Source: Octopus sinensis
Taxonomy: Eukaryota
Assembly: GCF_006345805.1 (NCBI RefSeq)
Contig: NC_043014.1
Span: forward strand, 18,042,001 to 18,106,000
DNA: 64,000 nucleotides
Direction of reading: 5' to 3'
The notes under the pieces are model-generated. The model searched no databases. It was not told the DNA's origin and saw nothing but the letters and a program-made list of their open reading frames with translations. Numbering within the stretch: position 1 is the first letter of the stretch; every line of letters begins with the position of its first letter. Below are positions 14,350 to 25,367 of this stretch, piece after piece. A program made the position numbers and the translations under genes.

Positions 14350-14738
14350 ACTAGCAGTAATCACCCGGCGTTGCTCGGGTTTGTAAGGGAAATATTTATA
14401 AGCATTTTTAGAGATGTAAAGTATAAGCCCATCTCAATATGGCTAACCACAAAAGGGGAGGGGTGTTACTGTAGCTTTTTACGTTCTGAGATTTAATAAT
14501 AAATTTTAGAGAGTTACTTCCCTTATATATGTCAAAAATGGATTAAAAATGGAAAAAATTGATGGTAAATTTTTTTTAAATCGTAGACTCATCGTAGACG
14601 CGCGCTAATACCCAGACGTCTCGATATGAATCACGACTATAAGATACCCGGTTTTGGTTAAACTGCCGCAAAATGTGGGAGTAGTTAGGATCTAAATCGT
14701 AGGAGACAGACACACAACCTCACTTTTATATATAAGAT
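14350..14738 (+). mobile_element. Helentron/DINE-1-type non-autonomous element (probable)
   Basis: Shares about 60 bp of 5' end with 2055 and has a similar 3' terminus. Confidence 0.6.
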
Positions 14739-14790
14739 TTCCTCTACATAATATTGAGGTCTTTCTTTTGTTATCTTACTGTTTTTACCA

Positions 14791-14836
<46 letters not shown>

Positions 14837-14840
14837 TATA

Positions 14841-15156
14841 GTTACAGAGATGTACTTGCATAGCAAGTGACTTGATCTGAGATCGTGTGCTGGAACGAAA
14901 ACAGTTGCAGCGTTGAAGGTGTTTATAAGCATTTAAGAAACACACAAAAACCGTTAGATTCACTTCAACATTAAATTATTTGTCAAAATATTTTCGTCGC
15001 TTTGAGACCGCGACCTGTTAGCACGATATTTTTGTCAGTGAACAGGTCGCGGTCTCAAAGCGACGAAAATATTTTGGCAAATTAAATTAATGTGAAGTGA
15101 ATGTAACGGTTTTTGTGTGTTTCTTAAATGGCTTACAAACACCTTCCACGCTGCAA
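14841..15156. repeat. Fold-back of a PLE-type 3' end (arms 14905-15019 and 15041-15156)
   Basis: About 115-bp inverted arms, 21-bp spacer, TA-rich flanks. Confidence 0.85.
15031..15081 (+). ncRNA. Candidate minimal hammerhead ribozyme with G3-C8 core and one extra G
   Basis: tttgtca-GTGAACA-g-gtcgc(ggtctcaaa)gcgac-GAAA-A-TA-T-TT-tggcaaa. Confidence 0.5.
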
Positions 15157-15519
15157 TATAATATACACATATATATATATATGTATGTATGTATGTATGT
15201 GTGTATATGTGTATGCATGTATGTGGTGTGTGTGCGTGTCTGTGCTTGTGATTGTCCTCCACCACTGCTTGACAACGAATGTTGGTTTGTTTACATCCCT
15301 GTCACCTAGTGGTTTGACGAAGGGAACAGATAGAATAAGTACAATGCTTACAAAAATAAAACTGGAGTTGATTCATTAAACTACAATTCTTCAAGGCATT
15401 GCCCCAGCATGGCCACAGACCAATGGCTGGAAAAAGCAGAAGAATAAAAGAATACATTCTCTGCTTTGGTCTTATGTTCAAGGCATGAGAAAGCTTGAGT
15501 TTACATGAGAAGGCCTAAC

Positions 15520-15785
15520 AGACCTGGGAGAAACAGCAGCCAAATCTCCCTCAAATCACACGTTACTGTCTTATGTATGTATATATATATGAGCCAATGA
15601 GGGGGACCTCTACATGGTAGCTAGACCTGGTAAAAATAGCAGCCAAATTTCCCCCAAATCACACCTTACTGTCTTATCTATGTATATATGTATGTATGAG
15701 CCTATGAGGGAGACCCCTACATGTCAGCTAGACATGGTAGAAATAGCAGCCAAATCTCCCTCAAATCACACCTTACTGTCTTATC
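15520..15785 (+). repeat. Tandem repeat, unit about 103-107 bp, about 2.6 copies
   Basis: agac(c/a)tgg...agcagccaaat.tccc.caaatcacac.ttactgtcttat starts at 15520, 15623 and 15730. Confidence 0.9.
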
Positions 15786-15888
15786 TTTCTGCTACTTGGA
15801 TATAAGTCTTATATTCGTCGTAAAAAACTTTCCTGTCACACACTCACGCACACGCACACACACACACACACACACACGCACCCTCACA

Positions 15889-15920
<32 letters not shown>

Positions 15921-16559
15921 TACTCACACACACGCACTTTAGCTTACAATTTTATTTATATATTTCCGTGTCTTTGTGTGGAAAGAGGAAGTGGGAGGCA
16001 GAGTGAAAGAATCACTCACTACAGTAAGTGAATTACTTTCATTTTATTCGTTGCCCACTGTGTGTGTGCGTTTGCGTGTGGTGTAAACCAGACTAAGAAA
16101 AGCATTTGGCACACACACCAGAATGTGAGTTTTCTGTAAATTTTGCTTAATTGGAGTTTAAATTTTAAAAACTGGACCTGGCATGACGCGATGCATTGTA
16201 CTCTTAAAAATGCTAGGTAAATTGTAATTGAAGAAATCCTATATTGTAGATTTGTATAACTCCCAAAGGGAGGCAGATAAAATCTGCCTTTTATAATAAG
16301 AGATATATATATATATGTGTATATATATATACACTTACATAATACGTATATGTATATATGCATACCTTGGGCAAGTGTCTTCTACTATAGCCTCGGGCCG
16401 ACCAAAACCTTGTGAGTGGATTTGGTAGACGGAACCTGAAAGAAGCCCGTCGTATATATGTGTGTGTACATGTTTGTGTGTCTGTGTTTGTCCCCCCAAT
16501 TCGACAGGAATAAATTTGGAAATGAAAAACATTTACCATCTAGTACCCTGGACCAATTG

Positions 16560-16900
16560 GTTTCTGATTATCTTTTAGCGAGGGAGGGGGAACTCACAAG
16601 GTCTGATTTTCTTCAGCAAGGTCCAACTTAGATGATAAATGTTTTTCATTTCCAAATTTATTCCTGTCGAATTTTATCCGTTATTTTTGTGGTTTACAGA
16701 ACCTAGCAGTTCTTTCTAATGTGTTGAATTCACGTTAAGTGAATTCCTTATGTGTATAAATATACACTATATCGTATGACTAATATATAGTTTTCTTGAC
16801 TAATTTTTTTTGCACGCTAGACCACTGGAAATGTAAATTTTGATTGAATATTTTAATTTTAATTAAAATTCCATTTCCCTTTGATATGATTATATATGTA
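16560..16900 (-). mobile_element. Decayed PLE GIY-YIG fragment
   Basis: NSTG...IWK...YHLSWTLLKKIRPCE parallels NSTGLSKLIWNLK...FHLEWLILSISIPY of the 23.5-kb copy. Confidence 0.6.
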
Positions 16901-16939
16901 TATGTATATATATATGTATATGTATATATATATGTATAT

Positions 16940-17090
16940 ATGTCGTATTTCGTTTTTTTCAATTTCCCGAAGAGAAGATTGCATTGTTTATACCATTTAT
17001 TCTTTTGAATAGTATCAGTGGAATTTTCGAAACATGTGTAGAAAGTAAAAATACTTGTTTAAACCTGCGTTAACTCCATTTTTATTCACA
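16940..17090 (+). mobile_element. PLE 3' end (same family as the 24.8-kb arm end), running into (TA)n
   Basis: Clear nucleotide similarity to 24820-24977 (cccgaagagaagattgcattgtttatac...cctgcgttaactccattttt). Confidence 0.85.
16963..17044 (+). ncRNA. Candidate minimal type I hammerhead ribozyme (CCGAAGA core)
   Basis: tttc-CCGAAGA-[long stem II G10.1..C11.1]-GAAA-C-ATGT-G-TA-gaaa. Confidence 0.7.
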
Positions 17091-17165
<75 letters not shown>

Positions 17166-17195
17166 CATATATATATATATGTATGTATGTTTATA

Positions 17196-17244
<49 letters not shown>

Positions 17245-17275
17245 GTATGTATGTATATATAATATGTAATATATA

Positions 17276-17332
<57 letters not shown>

Positions 17333-17994
17333 TATATAAATATAAGATTTGTAGAAAATTATATATAATATTTATTGATACAATAGTTTATAAATTAACA
17401 GGGAAAATGAACCTATGAAAGATATCCCTCAAAGAACACCAAAACTAAATCACAAAATATAATAAAAAGTGCTGAAAATATTCAGAGCAAATATTATTGA
17501 ATAGCATGGCTGTGTTATTAAGAAACTAGGTTTGTAATCAACGTGGTTCCGGTTTCAGTCACACTATACAGCACCTTAGTATATTACTATATGATCAGGT
17601 CGACAAATGCCTCCTGAGTAAATTTGGTTGACAGAAATTGTGGAAGATCTGCAAGACCGTCATATGTATTCTTTTACTTGCTTCAGTCAATTGACTGCGG
17701 ACACGCTGGAGCACCATCTTTTAGTTGAAGAAATCGACCCCAGGACTTATTCTTTTTAAACCTAGTACTTATTCTATCGGTCTCTTTTGATGAAGCGCTA
17801 GATTACGTGGCTATAAACACACCAGCATCGGACAACACATATTTATGACGGTCTTCTTTCAGTTTCCATCTACTAAATCCACTCACAAGGCTTTGGCTAG
17901 CCCGAGGTTAGAGTAGAAGACACTTGCCTAAGGTTCTATGCAGCGGAATGAACCCCGAACAATGTGGTTGGGATGCAAACTTCTTACCACACAG

Positions 17995-18048
<54 letters not shown>

Positions 18049-18092
18049 AACAAGTCAAGATAGAAAATGCTAAAATAATTTTATAAAGAACA

Positions 18093-18136
18093 TTTCAGTA
18101 CCGGTTTCGGTCATTTTGAGACCTTTTCAACTGTAA
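18093..18136 (-). ncRNA. Candidate minimal hammerhead ribozyme with U3-A8 core
   Basis: cag-TTGAAAA-ggtc(tcaaaat)gacc-GAAA-C-CG-G-TA-ctg. Confidence 0.6.
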
Positions 18137-18809
18137 CGATTAAATAATTAAATTTAGAAAAATTAAAAGAAAAGTTTAAAGGAATATTTGTATAGTATTC
18201 AAATATAAGTGGCATTCTGCCTTTCTCTGTCTCCCTTGTTTGCACTTGTGTGTTCGAGGTCGTTGTGAATTCTTGGTAGGGTAGAAGAAGGTTGATGAGA
18301 TAGGATGGAAAAATTTGGGAGTGCCTTGATTGTCGTATTTTGAATGGTCAGTGACGGCTAGCAGTTGCAGTGCAATTCAGGAGAATATTTCTATTGAAAG
18401 GTTTGTTTATGGAATTTGCGTAGGTGTTATACTAAAAAGCATTAGTGATAAAGTTGAGAGGTAGAAAGTGGAGCAGAAGAAGAAGAAGAAGAAGAAGAAG
18501 AAGAAGAAGAAGAAGAAGAAGAAGAAAAAGAAGAAGAAGAAGAAGATGACGATGTTGATGATGATAATGATGAGAAAGAAGAAGAAGAAGGAGAAGGAGA
18601 AGAAGAAGATGATGATGGTGATGATGATGACGAAGATGATGATGATAATGATGATGATGAAGAAGAAGAGGAAGAAGAAGAAAAAAGAGAAGGGAGAATA
18701 TGAATGAGTGGAAGTAGTGAGGTGTTGTATGACTTGAAGTTGGCACGTTATGGATTATAGCTGTGATTGGGGCTGATTTGTAATATAAATATATATATAT
18801 TGTGTGTGT

Positions 18810-18861
<52 letters not shown>

Positions 18862-19970
18862 TGAGTGCTTTTGTCAGTTCATTCCCTTACCGTTTAACAA
18901 CCGGTTTGCGTTTTTTACATCCTCGCAAACTAGCGGTTCAGGAAAAGCGCCCGATGAAAAAAGTACCGGAATTGTTTCTAAAAAAGTAAGTATGGAAACT
19001 ATTTGTTGAAGGTGCTGCTCCAGCATGATCGCTCTCAAGTGACTAAAACAATTAAAGACAAAGGATAAAAGGAGCAACAATAACCTAAATTGTGTTTAAG
19101 AAGGTGAGGAAAGGAAATAGAAGGGTGGTCCTTAATTCAGAACAGGCAGAACCGTAGCGAAGGGAAATATATTACAAAGGAAATGTAATTAAATCATTGC
19201 AGAATGATTCTAGACCCAAATTTCAGACCTTGTTCAAATTATTTAAAGGAGTATTATCTTTTCAAAAGGTAAATTGGTAAATTAGCAGAATCATTAATCC
19301 TTCAGGTAAACTATTTGTATATATTGTACACACAGAGTCTTATGGCTAAAATGAAATACTTGTGAAGTCCTGGGGCCGATATCATCGACTCATCCCATCC
19401 CCTAAAATTTTTGATCTTGTGCCAATGTTTCAAACGATTGTTATTAAATTAGTGACATTTCGTCCGTCTTTACGTTCTGAGCTCAAATTCCGCCGAGGTT
19501 GACTTTGGATTTAATCCATTCGGGTTCTTAACTTTGAAAAAAGTTAAGATCATTCTGATGTACTTTATAGCTCGTTTGATACCACTTAACTAATAACACC
19601 CATATTTCTTCCCACGGAGAGAACTTAGAGCAATCACTTTTTAAATCAAACACAATCTAGAACTTATATGAAGTATGTTGACAAATTTGCGCGCTGTGCG
19701 TTGGTAATCAAATTAATATGTGTAAATATCTTTTTTTAATGCCTGACATAGCGTCTATTAGAAAAATAAGATAAATTCAATGCATTTAAACTAGGTTTTA
19801 AATCTTGTAACTATACATACACACACGAATATATATATATATATATATATGCACACACACACACACAGACATATACACATTTTCACTCACATATGGGCGG
19901 GCGAGCATATACTCGCATACTTACACTTATGTATACACACACACACTCATATATGTATATACATACAAAT

Positions 19971-20001
<31 letters not shown>

Positions 20002-20433
20002 TTTATATATTCCTATATCTATATATGTATTTATATAGACGCACTCTACTATATATGTATATATATATATATATATGTATTTGGATTACGCATACATACT
20101 ACTAAAGTGTAAACAAATAAACAAAAGTCTGCGAATCAAAACAAGATAAGATAAAAACTAAAAAAATAAAAATAAAACCAAAAAGACCGGAAAGAAAAAA
20201 AATTAAAATAAAAGTATAAAAGCGTAAAGAATATTTTGACATCATAAATTTCATAAATTGATGTGACAGACTGTTAAGAAAAAATTCCAGGAACGAAATT
20301 ATAGAATTTCATACTAAACTGTGCACAAAAATTTACTTTATTAACTACAAATGTTTTCACTCTGTCGTTCTTCACTATTTTATTATCATTATTGTTGTTG
20401 TTATAACTGCTGTTGTTGTAGTTGTTGTTGTTG

Positions 20434-20533
<100 letters not shown>

Positions 20534-21429
20534 CATTATTATTATTATTATTGTTTATAAGGTTATAACTGTAATACTTCCTTGATATATATTTACTTAG
20601 GGAATTTATTTAGATAATGTGTATCAATTTCAACGAAAGGGGATAAAAACAAAAACAAAAATCCCTCCAAAGCAAAAAAAAACAAACCATAAAAGAAAAC
20701 CAGCAAAAAAGAAACATTATCAGCGGTCGATCACCGCCGCCATGTCAGTTGCATTGTAAAAAATATATGACGTCTTTGTTAAAAAACAAAAATATCCATC
20801 GGCTCGTAGATGACTAATGGTGACACTACATGAAGTATTTAAGGTATTAACCACACATATACACAACTCGAACACGCATTCGTACACACCTACACTCACA
20901 TACACGCACACAACTACAGATACATACACGTACATACACATACGTACACGCACACTCACGCACAAAGCAACATAAAAATAACCCAGGCGCAAACACACAT
21001 GAAAAATATTACGTGTGTATGTGTGTATATGTGTATGTATGTGTGTGCGTGTGTGTGTGGTGTGTGTGTGTGTGTGTGTGTGTATAAAATTTCACATATA
21101 CCCAAGTATCTGTGTATATGGATAGTCTTTGTAAATAAATAGCTGTGTAAACGAAGCTTGAGAACTTATTACGAACGCGAAGCATTTTATTTTTCTTTAT
21201 AAATGAACCACACACACGCATGCACACACACACATACACACAACTACACACTCACACACACATATTATATGTAAATGTTTGTATATGCATATATATGTGT
21301 AGTTATGTATTTACATTTATAGGTGTATCATATATATACATACGCACACGTATACATACGTATGTATATATGTATGTATTTATCTATGTATGTGTGTATG
21401 CATATACCAAAATGGCTGATGGAATAAGG

Positions 21430-22010
21430 TTTTGAGAAAGACATGAGGCAATCATGATAACTTTCCGTTGTACATTGGAAGCATTGCTCCAAATTCTTAT
21501 GAGTTATGGTTTGTGGGCATTTATAGAAGCTTGGTGCAGGAACATCATAACAACAGCTCATGACGCTGATGTCGTGCGCAGTTTTATGTCATCAGTGTCA
21601 TGAACTGTTATTATAATGCGATTTTTTTTTTGGTTTTGACTGACTAAGACTATACGTGAGGCATTCACCAAACATGGGCAGACATATTCCATAACGCTTT
21701 GGACTTTTGAGTTCGTGTCAGTGACTCTTTTTTCCGCGTCCATCTTGCTATTGGTATCTTGTAATCAATCCTCCAAGCCTCAATACAACTTTGTCACAGG
21801 ATGTAGACATATGTTCAATCCAAGACAGCCAACTGATCTATTTCAAACTGCCTTTTACAGGCAGGTGGGGTTCTAAAGCTTAATTTCGAAGAATGACAGG
21901 TTTCTTTATATTGAGAAAACCATTGCTTTGTGCTCTGACGCCCCAAATATGACGTTCAAGTCATTTTCCAATGCTTTCAGCTAGACAAAGAACCAATTTA
22001 ATATAACTCC
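21430..22010 (-). mobile_element. Highly decayed LINE RT C-terminal fragment (CR1/RTE-like)
   Basis: NVIFGASEHKAMVFS and SVMEYVCPCLVNAS resemble the WxvxFnxxKtkamxfs and svleYaspvW motifs. Confidence 0.45.
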
Positions 22011-23199
22011 TATCGCTTCACTTTTCTCAGTTATCGTTACCATTACAAAAATCGCAAATTCATCTGTATTCAGGTACAATTAATTTTGGCAGTCATTGAC
22101 CAAGAAATCTAATCAAAGGTGCAGGTGTGGTTGTATAATAAGAAGCTTTCTTCCCAACCACATGGTTCTAGGTTCAGTCCCACTGCGTGACACTTTGTCT
22201 ACTATAGCTTCAGACCGTACAAAGCTTCCTTAATTTTTGATGCACATGACGCGCTCAGCATCTCTTCCTCTGGCACGCCACCACACAGACACGTGTGTGT
22301 GTGTGTACAATTTATGCCTGTATATATGCACATACATATATACATACATATATATATAATCACCGTGACCGACCAGGCTATCAGTTGTTGCTACACATCA
22401 CTGGTCACAATGCGCTTCGAATTGTTTAAGCCTTCAAATGACGCCACCCCGGTGGCTAAGCGAGCTGGCCAATATATATATGTAGTAGTGACCCCCTTCG
22501 GTCAGACACTGACCATGGGTTTGCACCTAGAGAGTTACTCTCTGAGGCACAAGTCTGGGCAAGGTTGTTTCATGGAAGACCAGCAGTCGCCCATGCATAC
22601 CGGCCTCCCCTCTCCACGTCACCGATGTTGTCCAAGGGAAAGGCAAGGGCCGATACAGCTTGGCATCTGTGACGTCGCAACTCATTTCTACAGCTGGGTG
22701 AACTGGAGCAACGTGAAATAAAGTGTCTTGCTCAAGAACATAACACGCAGCCCGGTCCGGGATTCGAGCTCACAACCTCACGATCGTAAGCTCGACGCTC
22801 TAACCACTGAGCCACGCGCCTTCACATATATATGTACAATGTATGTGTATATATATATATATATTATATATATGTGAGGGCGCGTGGCTTAGTGGTTAGG
22901 GCATTCGGCTCATGATCGTAAGGTTGTGAGTTCGATTCCCGGCGACGCGTTGTGTCCTTGAGCAAGACACTTTATTTCACGTTGCTCCAGTCCACTCAGC
23001 TGGCAAAAATGAGTTGTACTTGTATTTCAAAGGGTCAGCCTTGTCATTCTCTGTGTCACGCTGATTATCCCCGAGAACTACGTTAAGGGTACACGTGTCT
23101 GTGGAATGCTCAGCCATTTGCACGTTAATTTCACGAGCAAGCTGTTCCGTTGATCGTATCAGCTGGGACCCTCGTCGTCGTAACCGGCGGAGTCTTTTA

Positions 23200-23249
<50 letters not shown>

Positions 23250-23293
23250 GGAATAAAAAATGGAGTTAACGCAGGTTTAAACAAGTATTTTTT

Positions 23294-23378
23294 CTTTCTA
23301 CATATGTTTCAAAAATTCCACTGATACTTATTCAAAAGAATAAAAGGTATAAACAATGCAATCTTCTCTTCGGGAAAG
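23294..23378 (-). ncRNA. Candidate minimal type I hammerhead ribozyme (inverted copy of 24847-24931)
   Basis: Reverse complement of 24847-24931. Confidence 0.65.
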
Positions 23379-23558
23379 GGAAAAAACGAAACTTGTCAAT
23401 ACGACATTTTAGCAAAAAATGATGGATTCGTATAGCGATAGACAGAACGCTATTAATATTGTTTAAAAAAACGTTATATGATATAACGTCATAAGTAGCT
23501 AACAGAAGAGTAGGGATATTAATAGTGAATGTTAATATAAAGGAAATTAAAGTCTAAA

Positions 23559-24119
23559 CTATATATAATGATAGAGACTACTTATATGCACTAAAAGTAT
23601 GTTTTTTTGCCAATGCTTACATCTGTATGCTCGTTCTATAACCGTGTTTACTAGAGTATTTTTAGAAAAAATAATGAAAAATAGCTCAGAATTGCAGAGA
23701 AGACAGAATTTCTTGCCTTTGTCATATGGTATCGAAATTGAGAGGATCAACCATTCCAAATGAAATTGTTCATTGTGGTCTTTTAAATTCCAAATCAGTT
23801 TGCTGAGACCGGTACTATTCCGTTTATTTCTATCCCTAAATGTTGAGTAATGGATAGAAATTCTCTTAGATAACTCTAACGATGTGCTTCCAATGTAAAA
23901 TTGTACTTTATTACGAGTACTGATTATACACTGGTATATAGAATTTTTAATCTTAGAGTTACTTGACATACATTTAATTCTATTGGGATTGACTTCAGAT
24001 ACAATAACCTTGTTATTAATATTTCTAGAGGGTTGGATGGTAGTAGCTAAATTAATGTTAGTATTAGTAAATGTATTAATATTTAACAGTTTGTTATTAT
24101 GAGAAGATATAATTTGCAA
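23559..24119 (-). CDS. PLE GIY-YIG endonuclease fragment (left arm plus spacer)
   Basis: SIYQCIISTRNKVQFYIGST, KRISIHYSTF, STGLSKLIWNLK, CLLCNSE, RCKH. Homopolymer frameshift at the extreme C-terminus. Confidence 0.85.
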   Translation of the reverse strand: MQIISSHNNKLLNINTFTNTNINLATTIQPSRNINNKVIVSEVNPNRIKCMSSNSKIKNSIYQCIISTRNKVQFYIGSTSLELSKRISIHYSTFRDRNKRNSTGLSKLIWNLKDHNEQFHLEWLILSISIPYDKGKKFCLLCNSELFFIIFSKNTLVNTVIERAYRCKHWQKNILLVHISSLYHYI

Positions 24120-24255
24120 ATAGAGTTTTCTTAGATGTTTAGTTTCAGTTTTAAGAAAACATTCCTTTCTAGATAATTTATTATTCTTATTCTCTTTTTA
24201 TTATTTTAAACATTTTTTTAATGTTTTCCTAATAAACTACAATAGAATTAAATTT

Positions 24256-24645
24256 ATGTCAAGTAACTCTAAGATTAAAAATTCTATATACCAGTGTATA
24301 ATCAGTACTCGTAATAAAGTACAATTTTACATTGGAAGCACATCGTTAGAGTTATCTAAGAGAATTTCTATCCATTACTCAACATTTAGGGATAGAAATA
24401 AACGGAATAGTACCGGTCTCAGCAAACTGATTTGGAATTTAAAAGACCACAATGAACAATTTCATTTGGAATGGTTGATCCTCTCAATTTCGATATCATA
24501 TGACAAAGGCAAGAAATTCTGTCTTCTCTGCAATTCTGAGCTATTTTTCATTATTTTTTCTAAAAATACTCTAGTAAACACGGTTATAGAACGAGCATAC
24601 AGATGTAAGCATTGGCAAAAACATACTTTTAGTGCATATAAGTAG
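24256..24645 (+). CDS. PLE GIY-YIG endonuclease fragment (right arm)
   Basis: Same domain as 23559-24119, open to the presumed natural stop (KHWQKHTFSAYK*). Confidence 0.85.
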   Translation: MSSNSKIKNSIYQCIISTRNKVQFYIGSTSLELSKRISIHYSTFRDRNKRNSTGLSKLIWNLKDHNEQFHLEWLILSISISYDKGKKFCLLCNSELFFIIFSKNTLVNTVIERAYRCKHWQKHTFSAYK

Positions 24646-24846
24646 TCTCTATCATTATATATAGTTTAGACTTTAATTTCCTTTATATTTAACATTCACT
24701 ATTAATATCCCTACTCTTTCTGTTAGCTACTTATGACGTTATATCATATAACGTTTTTTTAAACAATATTAATAGCGTTCTGTCTATCGCTATACGAATC
24801 CATCATTTTTTGCTAAAATGTCGTATTGACAAGTTTCGTTTTTTCC

Positions 24847-24931
24847 CTTTCCCGAAGAGAAGATTGCATTGTTTATACCTTTTATTCTTTTGAATAAGTA
24901 TCAGTGGAATTTTTGAAACATATGTAGAAAG
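24847..24931 (+). ncRNA. Candidate minimal type I hammerhead ribozyme (CCGAAGA core)
   Basis: ctttc-CCGAAGA-stem II-GAAA-C-ATAT-G-TA-gaaag. Confidence 0.65.
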
Positions 24932-25119
24932 AAAAAATACTTGTTTAAACCTGCGTTAACTCCATTTTTTATTCCTATTATTCAAATATTCAACGTAAAC
25001 ACGAAGTTTCAACCTTTATAAACAAGGAGTTACAACATCTTTACTTGTGAGATTTTTGCTGTCCTGGTAACTATTCATTCATTTATCCGTGTTAAATGTT
25101 AACAAGGTAAAATACACTC

Positions 25120-25191
<72 letters not shown>

Positions 25192-25367
25192 TATATAATC
25201 GGGTAAATGCCCTTTAGAAGACGAAAAAAGGTTATTTACCCGATTCTTTAAGCTGTCCTCAAGCCTCCTTGCATTCGTGAACTCCATTATTTTCTGTAGA
25301 TTACCGGCACTTTAAGTTTGTATTTTGCTTACTATTAATACATACATACATACATACATACATACAA

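Larger units (their letters stand above)
23248..24977. mobile_element. Penelope-like element 3' portion in inverted (divergent) duplication: 738-bp arms, 254-bp spacer
   Basis: 23248-23985 is the reverse complement of 24240-24977 at about 99% identity. Both arms encode the GIY-YIG domain and carry a hammerhead-like motif. Confidence 0.92.

Noticed and set aside
15520-15785. Repeat-spacer appearance suggestive of CRISPR
   Set aside because: The spacers are themselves homologous, the context is eukaryotic, and there are no cas genes.
14300-16360. Shared 36-nt string atatatatacacttacataatacgtatatgtatatat near 14310 and 16325
   Set aside because: Low complexity, and it does not bound a coherent element as a target-site duplication.
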